Source: Candidatus Moraniibacteriota bacterium
GTDB taxonomy: Bacteria; Patescibacteriota; Minisyncoccia; Moranbacterales; UBA1568
Direction of reading: 5' to 3'
Assembly: GCA_016699875.1 (NCBI GenBank)
Contig: CP064989.1
Span: 949,332 to 1,013,331, forward strand
DNA: 64,000 bases
Shown: positions 40,831 to 49,358 of the stretch, piece after piece
How positions within the stretch are numbered: the first letter of the stretch is position 1
Layout of the letters: each line of letters begins with the position of its first letter
Notes under the pieces: model-generated
Databases searched by the model: none
What the model was told of the DNA's origin: nothing
What the model saw: the letters and a program-made list of their open reading frames with translations, nothing else
Made by a program: the position numbers and the translations under genes

Positions 40831-40833
40831 TGA

Positions 40834-41566
40834 GGGCATCGTCGGAAACCCTTTGACAAACGAATCTTTCAGCATTTCTTCCACGACGGCAAATCTCGGC
40901 GAGAACTTCGGACCCGACTATGTCTACATCGGCTATTTCATCGATGGAAGACTTGTTGGACAGAATCAGATTCGTCGGGAAAATATGCGAGGAGGCATGA
41001 GCAAGACGGAATCTCTCTTGGTCCCCGGAGGTATTGCGACTGCCGGTGTCCACGAGATCAAGGCATGCGCCGATTTCACGGGCGATATTGCCGAGACGGA
41101 CGAGACGGATGACTGCATGACGCTATTGGTGAATGTGAAGGCGCCTGTTCCGCCAAATCTGTCGATAACCGGTCTTGCTCTTGCAGGCGGTGCTCGACAT
41201 GTCTTTACCGATGACCGTCCGGATATCTCCATTAGCATCGGGAATGCCGGAGGAGTTTCATCCCCGGTATCCGGCGAGGTATTCATTTCGGAAGTTCCTT
41301 TCGGGATAGGGAAAGTCTCGCTGGGAACATTCCAAGTCGGCGCGATACCCGAAGGGGGAAGCGCTATCGGAACGCTCCCGGGTGTTTCGTTTATCAGGCT
41401 GGGTCCGTGGATGTTGACGGCGTGTCTCGAAGGGAATGCGATATGCGCCTCGGGCAACGTCGTGATCGTTGAGAGTAGTCACCCGGTAAATAAACATATG
41501 GACCCGGCGCTCATCATGATGATTAACAGACATAGGCATGACAGGCACAGGAGGCATGTGAAATGA
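40834..41566 (+). pseudogene. 3' part of the IS-disrupted M23/CARDB gene (further CARDB-type repeats, C-terminal His/Arg-rich tail)
   Basis: After removing 39982-40833 the frame continues ...TTVISLEGIVGNPLTNESFSISSTTANL...; contains HEIKACADFTGDIAETDETDDC repeat signature. Confidence 0.65.
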
Positions 41567-41904
41567 AAGTGAAGAAGGCGATTCAAACAGCCCTGCTTTT
41601 TGTAGGGATCCTCTCCAAACCGGCATGGTCTGCCGATATGGTATATTGTCCGGATGCTAATTGTAAGATCAATATGGATGGACATACGATCATGCGCGTT
41701 TGGGGTGTTTCGGGACTTGCGAATCATGCTCTGATCGCCAATCCCGACTATGACTGGCCGACGGAATCCGCCATTATTTCGTGGCGAGACGCTCTCCTGT
41801 CGGCAAGGGAGAATGGCACTTGCGTGAAACTGTACTATGACTCCGCCAGCCAGGATGATGGCGAAGGCAATACGGTTCACACACTGTGGTCGCTCTCTGA
41901 ATAA
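41563..41904 (+). CDS. Small secreted Cys-containing hypothetical protein (signal peptide), ATGA-overlapped with the upstream gene
   Basis: MKVKKAIQTALLFVGILSKPAWSA signal peptide; 4 Cys; start codon overlaps stop of the M23/CARDB gene. Confidence 0.45.
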   Translation: MKVKKAIQTALLFVGILSKPAWSADMVYCPDANCKINMDGHTIMRVWGVSGLANHALIANPDYDWPTESAIISWRDALLSARENGTCVKLYYDSASQDDGEGNTVHTLWSLSE

Positions 41905-41929
41905 GGATTTCGATTTCTGATCTCAACAA

Positions 41930-41963
41930 CCCCGTTTCCGAAAGGTGGCGGGGTTTTCTTTTT
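41930..41963 (+). terminator. Rho-independent terminator
   Basis: ccccg...cgggg stem followed by ttttcttttt. Confidence 0.5.
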
Positions 41964-42045
41964 GGCTTGGAGGAATGGGAAGAATGGTGTAGTATGAATA
42001 GAAAGTAAACAATAATCCAGACATAAAGATGTTGAGAAGTTCGCT

Positions 42046-43026
42046 ATGAAAACACCGTTAAAAGAACAAAAATTAGCGATTTACCAGGCGAAGGATGGTG
42101 GTATCGAACTTCGCGAGGATGTTGCGAGAGAGACTGTATGGGCGAGTCTGGATCAGATCGCGCTCCTTTTTGGTCGCGATAAATCCGTGATATCGCGGCA
42201 CATACGCAATGTTTTCAAGGAAGAAGAGCTGATGCGCGATTCAGTTGTTGCATTTTTTGCAACAACTGCCAGAGACAAGAAAACATATCGAGTAGAACAC
42301 TTCAATCTCGACATGATTCTCTCTGTTGGCTATCGAGTGAATTCGAAAATAGCGACACAGTTCCGGAAATGGGCGACCAGAACACTCAAACGGCATATTA
42401 CTCAGGGCTATACTTTGAATAAGAATGTCTTGGCAAGAAACAAGGCGGAGTTCTTGCGGGCTATCGAAGATATAAAGGCGCTTTCTTCCGGCAGTACGAA
42501 AGTTGGCACGGAGGATATCTTGGAACTCGTGAAAGCCTTTTCGGGGACATGGTTTTCTTTGCGGTCATATGACGAGGCGGGATTGCCACGGACCGGCTCT
42601 ACCAAGAAAAACGTGACACTCACGGCGGATGAATTGTATGGGGATGTCGAGCTTTTGAAGAAAGATCTTGCGGGGAAGGGCGAGGCGACGGAGCTCTTTG
42701 CGCAGGAAAAATATTCCAAATCTTTGGAGGGAATTCTGGGGAATGTCATGCAAGCTGTCTTTGGCAAAGACGCCTACGAAACGGTAGAGGAAAAAGCTGC
42801 GCATCTTTTGTATTTTGTGATCAAGAATCATCCTTTTACCGACGGCAATAAACGTGCGGGAGCTTTTTCGTTCGTGTGGTTTTTGCGAAAATCGGGAATT
42901 GATTTCACTCGCGCGATTACGCCCGAAACGCTCACGACGCTCGCACTTCTCATTGCCGAGTCGAAGCCGAGCGACAAGGATCGCATGATTGGTCTCGTGC
43001 TCTTACTTTTAAGAAAGCCGTCATGA
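42046..43026 (+). CDS. RhuM-family N-terminal domain fused to a Fic/Doc (Fido) domain carrying a Doc-type HxFx(D)GNKR motif
   Basis: N-terminal LREDVARETVWASLDQIALLFGRDKSVISRHIRNVFKEEEL...HFNLDMILSVGYRVNS (RhuM signature); C-terminal HPFTDGNKRAGAFSFVWFL. Confidence 0.7.
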   Translation: MKTPLKEQKLAIYQAKDGGIELREDVARETVWASLDQIALLFGRDKSVISRHIRNVFKEEELMRDSVVAFFATTARDKKTYRVEHFNLDMILSVGYRVNSKIATQFRKWATRTLKRHITQGYTLNKNVLARNKAEFLRAIEDIKALSSGSTKVGTEDILELVKAFSGTWFSLRSYDEAGLPRTGSTKKNVTLTADELYGDVELLKKDLAGKGEATELFAQEKYSKSLEGILGNVMQAVFGKDAYETVEEKAAHLLYFVIKNHPFTDGNKRAGAFSFVWFLRKSGIDFTRAITPETLTTLALLIAESKPSDKDRMIGLVLLLLRKPS

Positions 43027-43110
43027 AAGTGTCTCTCAATAAGCTTTGTGTTTCGGCGTGGTATTCTTCTGATAGAAAATCGGTAGTTTTTGATCTTTAA
43101 TGGCAACTCT

Positions 43111-43464
43111 ATGAAAACGTATACGGGCGGGTGTCAGTGCGGGGCGGTAAAGTTTGAGATGAAGATGGATAAGATAGAAGAGGCGCTCTCGTGCAACTGT
43201 TCGCGCTGTGAGCGCGCGGGGCTTTTGCTGGTATTCCTTCCGAAGGCTCAGTTTACAGTGCTCTCTGGCGAGGATAATTTGTCGGATTACCGATTTGGCG
43301 ACAAGAGTATTGCACATCTCTTTTGCAAGACGTGCGGCATTCAGGCATTTGGCTTCGGCAAGGGGCATGACGGCGCGGAGATGGCAGCAGTCAATGTTCG
43401 GTGTCTTGATGACTTTGACTTGAAGCCGCTTCGCATCAAGGAGTTCGACGGAAAGTCATTGTAA
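43111..43464 (+). CDS. GFA/CENP-V family zinc-binding protein
   Basis: CQCGAV...CNCSRC...CKTCG Cys pattern typical of the glutathione-dependent formaldehyde-activating (GFA) fold. Confidence 0.65.
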   Translation: MKTYTGGCQCGAVKFEMKMDKIEEALSCNCSRCERAGLLLVFLPKAQFTVLSGEDNLSDYRFGDKSIAHLFCKTCGIQAFGFGKGHDGAEMAAVNVRCLDDFDLKPLRIKEFDGKSL

Positions 43465-43490
43465 ACATTTTCTGTCAAGAAACAAAGAGC

Positions 43491-43910
43491 GTGAATTCTA
43501 TGGAAATATTCTCATATCTTGGTATCGATTGGGGGGAGAAGAAGGTGGGGGTGGCAATCGCCGACTCGGAGACGAAAATGGCTTTTTCTCTCGTGACGCT
43601 GCCAAATGACGATCGATTGATTGATGCGCTCGGGAGTATTCTCGAGGAGCGTTCGGTGCGGGAAGTCGTAATCGGCATTCCGTCGCATGTGAATCGCGAG
43701 CGAGTGGAGTACGGCGGGGAGAAGCTGGGGAAGCAGCTTGCCGAGCGGTTTGGCGTATCGATCCGCTACGAGAATGAAATGTTCACAACCAAAATGGCTC
43801 GTGCCGAGCTGATTGAGCGCGGTGTCCGCGGGCATCTCGATGCTCAAGACGATCGTGAAGCGGCGCGGATTATTCTTGAGAGCTTTCTCGCGGGGAAGGG
43901 GGAATTGTGA
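43491..43910 (+). CDS. ruvX: Putative pre-16S rRNA nuclease / Holliday-junction resolvase-like YqgF
   Basis: LGIDWGEKKVGVAIAD...VVIGIP...DDREAARIILESFL. Confidence 0.8.
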   Translation: MNSMEIFSYLGIDWGEKKVGVAIADSETKMAFSLVTLPNDDRLIDALGSILEERSVREVVIGIPSHVNRERVEYGGEKLGKQLAERFGVSIRYENEMFTTKMARAELIERGVRGHLDAQDDREAARIILESFLAGKGEL

Positions 43911-43957
43911 TACACTGAGAGTGTTCAGGGGTATAATTTCTCTTCCCTTTATTTTTT

Positions 43958-44746
43958 ATGGAATCACAGCCTTTCGTTTCGGTCATTATTCCGGCATACA
44001 AAGAGGGTGACCGCATTGGAACGACACTCTTGGAAATCGGCAAGTACTTTAAACAGAAAGATCTCACATATGAAATCCTCGTCGTGGTGGACGGATCGCC
44101 GGATAATACGGCGGAGATCGCGCGGAACTATGCGCTCCATGTCGACCACATTCGCGTGATTGATAACCCGGAGAATCATGGCAAGGGGTATGTGGTACGG
44201 CAGGGACTCCTCGAAGCGAAGGGTGAATATCGTCTTTTTATGGATGCGGATGGATCGACGGCAATTACGCATTTGGAAACTTTCTTGCCAGCCATCGAAG
44301 AGGGAAATGATGTCGTGATCGGATCGAGAGATATCGAGGGAGCTTTCGTGCAGGTGCATCAGCCGCGGTATCGCGAGATCATGGGCGACATGGGTAACTG
44401 GGCGATTCGTATCGTCTTGGGACTTTGGTCATATCCGGATACGCAGTGCGGGTTCAAGATGCTTTCGGCGCGCGCTGCAGACGCGATCGCAAGTCGCATG
44501 GTGGTAGATCGGTTCGGCTTCGACTACGAACTCATTATCTTGGCGCACAAACTCGGATTCAAAGTGAAACAACTCCCGGTGCGCTGGCTCAATGAAGAGG
44601 GTTCGACTGTGGGCGGTCTCTTCGGGCCGAATGGTTTTATACAAGTGTTGATCGACCTCTTTAAGACAAAGTGGCGGCTTATGACCGGTGCCTATCGGCT
44701 TGGTGCGTATGTGCCTGAAGATAAGAAGGCAGAAGCCGGGAACTAA
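43958..44746 (+). CDS. Family 2 glycosyltransferase (dolichyl-phosphate mannosyl/glucosyl-transferase-like)
   Basis: VSVIIPAYKE, VVVDGSPD..., DADG motifs of GT2. Confidence 0.8.
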   Translation: MESQPFVSVIIPAYKEGDRIGTTLLEIGKYFKQKDLTYEILVVVDGSPDNTAEIARNYALHVDHIRVIDNPENHGKGYVVRQGLLEAKGEYRLFMDADGSTAITHLETFLPAIEEGNDVVIGSRDIEGAFVQVHQPRYREIMGDMGNWAIRIVLGLWSYPDTQCGFKMLSARAADAIASRMVVDRFGFDYELIILAHKLGFKVKQLPVRWLNEEGSTVGGLFGPNGFIQVLIDLFKTKWRLMTGAYRLGAYVPEDKKAEAGN

Positions 44747-44800
44747 AGTGAAGACAATCACTGCTTATTTTTCCGAGAACAGCAGCAGGAGAATGAGCGT

Positions 44801-45916
44801 TTGTCGCAAGAAGTGATAGATTGCGGACGGAATTTCGAGCGGAGAATTTTGAAGTATAAAACAAAAACCGTGGACAAGGATATTTACAACGAATCAGAAC
44901 AAAGTGCGCTGAACTCGGCGCGTCCCGTGTCCGAATTGCGGCAGGATATTGTGACGGGGGACTGGGTGGTTATTGCGACGGGGCGAGCCAAACGTCCGGA
45001 TGAGTTTGCGCATCATGATCACGAGGCGAGCGATGTCGGTATCGAGCACTGTCCCTTTGAGAATCCGGAAGCGACCGGGCAGGAGAAGGACGTCTTGATC
45101 TATGCGTCGGGAGATGACCATTGGACGCTTCGGGTTTTCCCGAACAAGTATCCGGCGTTTTCGCGCGGAAAAGTGCCGCGACAGATGGGCGAAGGCCCGT
45201 ATTTTTCGATGACGGGTTCCGGATATCATGAACTCTTCGTGACGCGCGATCACTACAATCAACTGGCGACCATGGAATCGTGGCAGGTGGCTGAGGTGCT
45301 CGATGCTTACCAGGACCGATATCTCTCGCTCATGAAGAAAAAGAGTGTGAACTATATTCAGATATTTCACAATCACGGCAAGGCTTCTGGCGCGTCGCTC
45401 CCGCATCCGCATTCGCAGCTCATGGCGATACCGGTCGTGTCGCCCTATATTCAGTTGGAACTCAAAGGCGCGGAGGCGTATTTTCGCAGCACGAAGAAAA
45501 AAGTGTATTCCGTAATGGCGGAGTATGAGTGCGATGCGAAAACTCGGATAGTGTATGAGAATGACCGATTTGTAGCGTTCTGTCCCTATGCGTCCCGTGC
45601 AGCATTTGAGGTGTGGGTGATGCCGAAGAAATCATCGCCGTACTTCGAGCGGATAACCGATGAGGAGAAACTTCTGTTAGGTGAAGCACTTCGCGCGGCG
45701 CTCTTCTCGATATATCGCGGACTTGATGACCCGTCATACAACTTCTATCTTCATACAGCGCCATGTGATGGACGGGATTATCCACACTACGGCTGGCACA
45801 TCGAGATCCTGCCGAAGACATCCATCTGGGCGGGATTCGAACTCTCGACCGGCATTGAAGTCTCTTCCATTGAACCCGAAAAAGCAGCGGAGTATTTACG
45901 TGGTATGCTTTCTTAA
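44801..45916 (+). CDS. galT: Galactose-1-phosphate uridylyltransferase-family (HIT-like) protein
   Basis: Cys/His zinc site (HCPFENPE) and active-site HPHSQ. Confidence 0.7.
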   Translation: MSQEVIDCGRNFERRILKYKTKTVDKDIYNESEQSALNSARPVSELRQDIVTGDWVVIATGRAKRPDEFAHHDHEASDVGIEHCPFENPEATGQEKDVLIYASGDDHWTLRVFPNKYPAFSRGKVPRQMGEGPYFSMTGSGYHELFVTRDHYNQLATMESWQVAEVLDAYQDRYLSLMKKKSVNYIQIFHNHGKASGASLPHPHSQLMAIPVVSPYIQLELKGAEAYFRSTKKKVYSVMAEYECDAKTRIVYENDRFVAFCPYASRAAFEVWVMPKKSSPYFERITDEEKLLLGEALRAALFSIYRGLDDPSYNFYLHTAPCDGRDYPHYGWHIEILPKTSIWAGFELSTGIEVSSIEPEKAAEYLRGMLS

Positions 45917-45932
45917 GTTCTCGGAGAAATGT

Positions 45933-46367
45933 ATGGATCTCCTGTTTCTTCTTAGTGGGCTCTATCTTTTTATTGCAGGGATTCTTTCATGGGCATTGTT
46001 TTTTATTACTCGAGAATCTCCTCGAGAATTTCTCTTGCTAAATGCAAAGAAATGGATTTTGTGGTTTTTTATTATCATATTTCTGCCGTTTCCCGTGTAC
46101 AACTTTTTGTGTGGAGGATTTCTTCCCATTGGAGAGAATATTCTTGAGAGTATTTCCGAGGTTGAGGGTGAAAGTATTCAGAGTTGGATATTTTTTCTCT
46201 CAACAAGCGTAGCATATCTTGTTTTGAGCTATGCATCTGCCGGATTTGTGTATAGTATGCTTCGTCGTGTGAGTAAAAGAGATGAAGCGGCATGGATATC
46301 AATATCTTCGGCGTGTGTGCTTATGGTCATCATTTACCTCTCTACCTTTCGGAGTGTATCTTGTTAG
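45933..46367 (+). CDS. Small polytopic membrane protein, hypothetical (AT-rich island)
   Basis: MDLLFLLSGLYLFIAGILSWALFFI...; start taken at ATG 45933 (the ORF-track extension overlaps galT). Confidence 0.4.
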   Translation: MDLLFLLSGLYLFIAGILSWALFFITRESPREFLLLNAKKWILWFFIIIFLPFPVYNFLCGGFLPIGENILESISEVEGESIQSWIFFLSTSVAYLVLSYASAGFVYSMLRRVSKRDEAAWISISSACVLMVIIYLSTFRSVSC

Positions 46368-46401
46368 TTTTCTATGTTTCATTTCTACATCTATGTGGTA
46401 T

Positions 46402-46484
46402 GTGGTTGCCAATCTGAAAATGAAGCTGGTATCGAAGGCTGAAAACCTGGAGTATCTCGGCGCACTTGCGGAAGCATTGAAAGG
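46402..46484 (+). pseudogene. Diverged 5' remnant of tpiA (encodes VVANLKMKLVSKAENLEYLGALAEALKG)
   Basis: About 75% nucleotide identity to the 5' end of the intact tpiA at 47240-47330 (LVANLKMKLVSEKENTEYCAALAEELKG); followed by an in-frame stop. Confidence 0.5.
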
Positions 46485-46549
46485 ATGTACTGTTTTTTTC
46501 GGTTTTTGATGTGGGACGGTTAGAGATAGGTATCTTTAAGAGGGTTTTT

Positions 46550-47197
46550 ATGAAAGTACTTGTTTCCAGAGACTCAATAGTGCTTCAGTTTCGCTTTTTT
46601 AAGGTCATTATTCCGAAACGGGATAACGTTATCTTTTATCATGTTCAAGATCTCAGTAAGACAGTAGGCATACCTATTCAACTGATGATTCTTCCGGAAA
46701 AATATACAGTCAGTTTCTTTGGGAGAATAGTTCTATCGTTCTTTTATCTTTTCGAATTTTCTAATAGAACAGTATATATACCTCGATCACTAAATTATAT
46801 ACATCCCGATCAAAAGGATTTTCACTCGAAGAAATTTAGTTTGTTGGAGTCGTTAGCTATTCCGCCGCTATCTGCTATGTTTAAAGTTGAAGGAAAAGAG
46901 CGTATATCGGACACTCTTAATGATCTTGACGTTTACGGATATGATGTAAAGCAAGTCTTACAAGACTTCCAGGTTTGGCTGGAAGCTCCTCTTGAGAAAA
47001 AATTCATTCTTGGTACAGTAGAGAGAAGGAACGATCGAATGATGCTTGTTCTTGTATCGGGGATACCTTTCTTATTGGGATTTTCCTTCCTTTTTATTGT
47101 TCGAGGAAATTTTGAAGATATTTCTGTGCCCATAATTTCGTCTTTGATAGTGGCTTTCGTGATGGCTGTTTTCTATGTTCTTTTGAGAAGGAAATAG
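46550..47197 (+). CDS. Hypothetical membrane protein (AT-rich island)
   Basis: ATG 46550 preceded by an AGAGGG RBS; C-terminal TM helices; no family match. Confidence 0.4.
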   Translation: MKVLVSRDSIVLQFRFFKVIIPKRDNVIFYHVQDLSKTVGIPIQLMILPEKYTVSFFGRIVLSFFYLFEFSNRTVYIPRSLNYIHPDQKDFHSKKFSLLESLAIPPLSAMFKVEGKERISDTLNDLDVYGYDVKQVLQDFQVWLEAPLEKKFILGTVERRNDRMMLVLVSGIPFLLGFSFLFIVRGNFEDISVPIISSLIVAFVMAVFYVLLRRK

Positions 47198-47228
47198 GGG
47201 CTTAATAAAATGAATAAGAACATTTCTT

Positions 47229-48014
47229 GTGACTTATCATTATCTTGTTGCTAATCTGAAAATGAAACTGGTCTCGGAAAAGGAAAATACCGAGTATTGT
47301 GCGGCGCTTGCGGAGGAGCTAAAGGGTTTGAAGAGCAAGAAGGATGTGCGCATGATACTGTGTCCGTCGTTTCCGTTTCTTGGGGATTTCAAGAAAAAAT
47401 TACCAAAAAGCGTGGCACTTGGTGTGCAGGATGTGCACTGGGAAGACCGGGGAGCGTATACGGGTGAAGTGTCGCCGGCTTCGCTTTCTGATTTTGGAAT
47501 TTCATATGCGATCGTGGGGCACAGTGAACGGCGGGAATTCTTCGGTGAAACGGATGATATTATAGCGAAGAAACTGACTGCTTGTTTGCGAAATACTCTG
47601 CAACCGATACTCTGTGTCGGTGAGACGGCGGCGGAGCGGGCGACCGGAAAGACGTTTGCTGTGATACGCCGGCAGATCGAATCGGTGTGTGCCGGTCTTT
47701 CTCCGGAAGCATTCAGGCGTGTTATCATAGCGTATGAACCGCGCTGGGCGATCGGCGCCGACCACACTCCTTCCTCGAATGAAATTTTGGAAGTACTGAT
47801 TGCGATTCGTCGCACTGTTGTAGAACTGTTTGACCGAGAAAGCGCGGATGCGCTCCCGATTCTCTACGGAGGATCGGTATCGGCGGGGCGGGCGGAGGAT
47901 ATTTTCCATACCTCCGGGCTCTCCGGCGTGCTGATTGGTCGGGAAGGTCTTGTGCCGAGAGAGATAGTGAAGATTGCGAGCCTTCTTTTGAAGGAAGGAA
48001 AAAAGTCTGAATAA
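47229..48014 (+). CDS. tpiA: Triosephosphate isomerase (probable GTG start)
   Basis: VANLKMKL (N-W-K-M-N-like), CPSFPFL, VGHSERR, YEPRWAIG(A) motifs. Confidence 0.85.
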   Translation: MTYHYLVANLKMKLVSEKENTEYCAALAEELKGLKSKKDVRMILCPSFPFLGDFKKKLPKSVALGVQDVHWEDRGAYTGEVSPASLSDFGISYAIVGHSERREFFGETDDIIAKKLTACLRNTLQPILCVGETAAERATGKTFAVIRRQIESVCAGLSPEAFRRVIIAYEPRWAIGADHTPSSNEILEVLIAIRRTVVELFDRESADALPILYGGSVSAGRAEDIFHTSGLSGVLIGREGLVPREIVKIASLLLKEGKKSE

Positions 48015-48026
48015 TTCGGTAAGGGA

Positions 48027-48962
48027 ATGCATATGATAGCAAACGTAAAGGACATTCTGATGCAGGCTCAGGAAGGCGGATATGCCGTGGGCGCTTTTAA
48101 TACGGTGAATCTTGAAACAACGCACGCGATTCTCCACGCGGCGTCCGAACTCCAGTCTCCGGTCATTGTGCAGATGACGGAGAAGACGCTGGACTATGCC
48201 GGGGGGCGAGCGATTTATCATTTGGTGCGCGACCTCGCGGAGTGTTACTACTCGAATATTCCCGTTGGCATTCATCTTGATCATGGTAAGAGCTATGAGC
48301 TGGTTGAGCGGGCGGTTGATATCGGCTTCACATCGGTCATGTACGACGGCTCTCGCAAGAAATATATCGACAATGCCGCGATGACGAAGCGAGTCGTCGA
48401 TTTGTGTCATGGCCGAGATGTGTGCGTACAGGGCGAGCTCGGCAGTGTTCCTTATATCGGAGAGGCATCAACGCAGACGATTGTCTGGGAAGAATACATG
48501 ACGGATCCGGAAGAGGCGTGCCGGTTTGTCGAGGAAACGGGTATCGATACGCTGGCTATCGCTATCGGAAATGCCCATGGATTTTTCCCGGAGCGTCCCG
48601 AGCCGGACTATGCGCGTCTCGAAAAACTTCGCAGATGTGTCCGTGTGCCGATCGTGCTTCATGGGGCATCGGACTGGGAAGAAGATCGCGTATCCAAAGT
48701 GATCGGGCTCGGCGTGTCGTGTTTCAATGTCGATACGGCGATCCGGCTGAGTTTTTTGAGTCAGTTGTCGCAGACCCTCGCAGGTGGCGATGAGACGGAT
48801 ATCCGAAAGGCGCTCGGCGCGGCTCGGCGAAGTGCCGAAGCGGCGGTATGGAAAAAAATCGAATCTTTCGGATCGGCAGGAAAGGCGAAGGGCAATGCGA
48901 GAAAGTCACACAGTGACGACGTCCAACTTGATCCGATCGCAGAGAATATCCAGGGGGAATAA
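48027..48962 (+). CDS. fba: Class II fructose-bisphosphate aldolase family protein
   Basis: GAFNTVNLET, IHLDHG, Zn-binding His pattern. Confidence 0.85.
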   Translation: MHMIANVKDILMQAQEGGYAVGAFNTVNLETTHAILHAASELQSPVIVQMTEKTLDYAGGRAIYHLVRDLAECYYSNIPVGIHLDHGKSYELVERAVDIGFTSVMYDGSRKKYIDNAAMTKRVVDLCHGRDVCVQGELGSVPYIGEASTQTIVWEEYMTDPEEACRFVEETGIDTLAIAIGNAHGFFPERPEPDYARLEKLRRCVRVPIVLHGASDWEEDRVSKVIGLGVSCFNVDTAIRLSFLSQLSQTLAGGDETDIRKALGAARRSAEAAVWKKIESFGSAGKAKGNARKSHSDDVQLDPIAENIQGE

Positions 48963-48973
48963 ATAAACGCGTT

Positions 48974-49309
48974 ATGACAAAAAGAAAGCTTGCATTATTG
49001 CTTATTTTTCCAACGATTATTGTTGTGAACATAGTATCAATTATTGCGGTATCGCTTATTTTTCATGATTCTGACGCATCAGGTAAGATAGGTCTTTTCT
49101 CTCCAGCGCTGTTCCAGATCTTTTGGCTTACCATTATAGCGTTTTATAGTGGCTTTGATGTGCTGGGTCCTAGTGAAGTTATTCCATCTCCAAATGTATT
49201 AGGTTGGTTTTTGGCTCTAATTAGTTCGTTGGCTACCTTTGTGGCGTACTACCTTCTTTCGTCCACGATTGCCGGACTCTGGTTGAAGTACAGGTATCGA
49301 AAAATGTAA
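48974..49309 (+). CDS. Small membrane protein, hypothetical
   Basis: Three predicted TM helices; no family match. Confidence 0.35.
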   Translation: MTKRKLALLLIFPTIIVVNIVSIIAVSLIFHDSDASGKIGLFSPALFQIFWLTIIAFYSGFDVLGPSEVIPSPNVLGWFLALISSLATFVAYYLLSSTIAGLWLKYRYRKM

Positions 49310-49358
49310 GCGGATTTTCTGTTCCATGCGGGTTTTCACGAGAATTAAATTTCTTTTT

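Noticed and set aside
45681-45932. Upstream extension of ORF 45681-46367 overlapping the 3' end of galT
   Set aside because: The extension is in galT's coding region in another frame; the hydrophobic protein starts naturally at ATG 45933 just after the galT stop
46282-46509. 75-aa ORF that could be called a small gene
   Set aside because: Its C-terminal half is the diverged tpiA 5' remnant ending in a stop; treated as a gene fragment, not a functional CDS
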